Assembly: GCF_964213995.1 (NCBI RefSeq)
Contig: NW_027590150.1
Span: 434,001 to 498,000, forward strand
Reading direction: 5' to 3'
Source of the DNA: Mustelus asterias
Taxonomy: Eukaryota
DNA: 64,000 nucleotides
The notes below the pieces were generated by a model. That model saw nothing but the letters and a program-made list of their open reading frames with translations, had not been told where the DNA came from and did not search any database. Of the stretch, positions 63,991-64,000 are shown in pieces. Numbering within the stretch: the first letter of the stretch is position 1; each line of letters opens with the position of its first letter. A program made the translations under genes and the position numbers.

Positions 63991-64000
63991 CTGTAATTCT

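Noticed and set aside
1-64000. D, J or C segments, or IgH/NAR-type V segments
   Set aside because: No FGXG J motif with a 12-RSS and no C-domain exon were found; the V motifs fit TCR alpha/delta. Short D segments could be missed by eye.

Overview
Eukaryotic (vertebrate) DNA, most likely from a shark or other elasmobranch: it carries HE1/V-SINE-type SINEs and many CR1-type LINEs. The window is part of a T-cell receptor alpha/delta V-segment region. There are four clear V segments, each with leader exon, intron, V exon and 23-bp-spacer RSS, plus one faint relic. All are damaged, but one keeps a continuous reading frame. Interleaved with them is a tRNA cluster: Arg-ACG, Arg-CCT, Thr-TGT, two intron-containing Pro-AGG genes, and two oppositely oriented tandem arrays of a ~1.2-kb tRNA-Val unit (11.8-23.8 kb minus, 39.5-51.9 kb plus). 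Most array units also carry a ~140-bp Penelope-like fragment that begins with a minimal type-I hammerhead ribozyme motif with a U3-A8 core variant. The right-hand 10 kb is an inverted mosaic copy of 25.0-31.3 kb and 6.8-11.5 kb. The long ORFs in the track are LINE ORF1/ORF2 pieces, and no ordinary host gene is visible. Everything was read by eye; repeat boundaries are approximate and family names come from motif recognition, not database searches.
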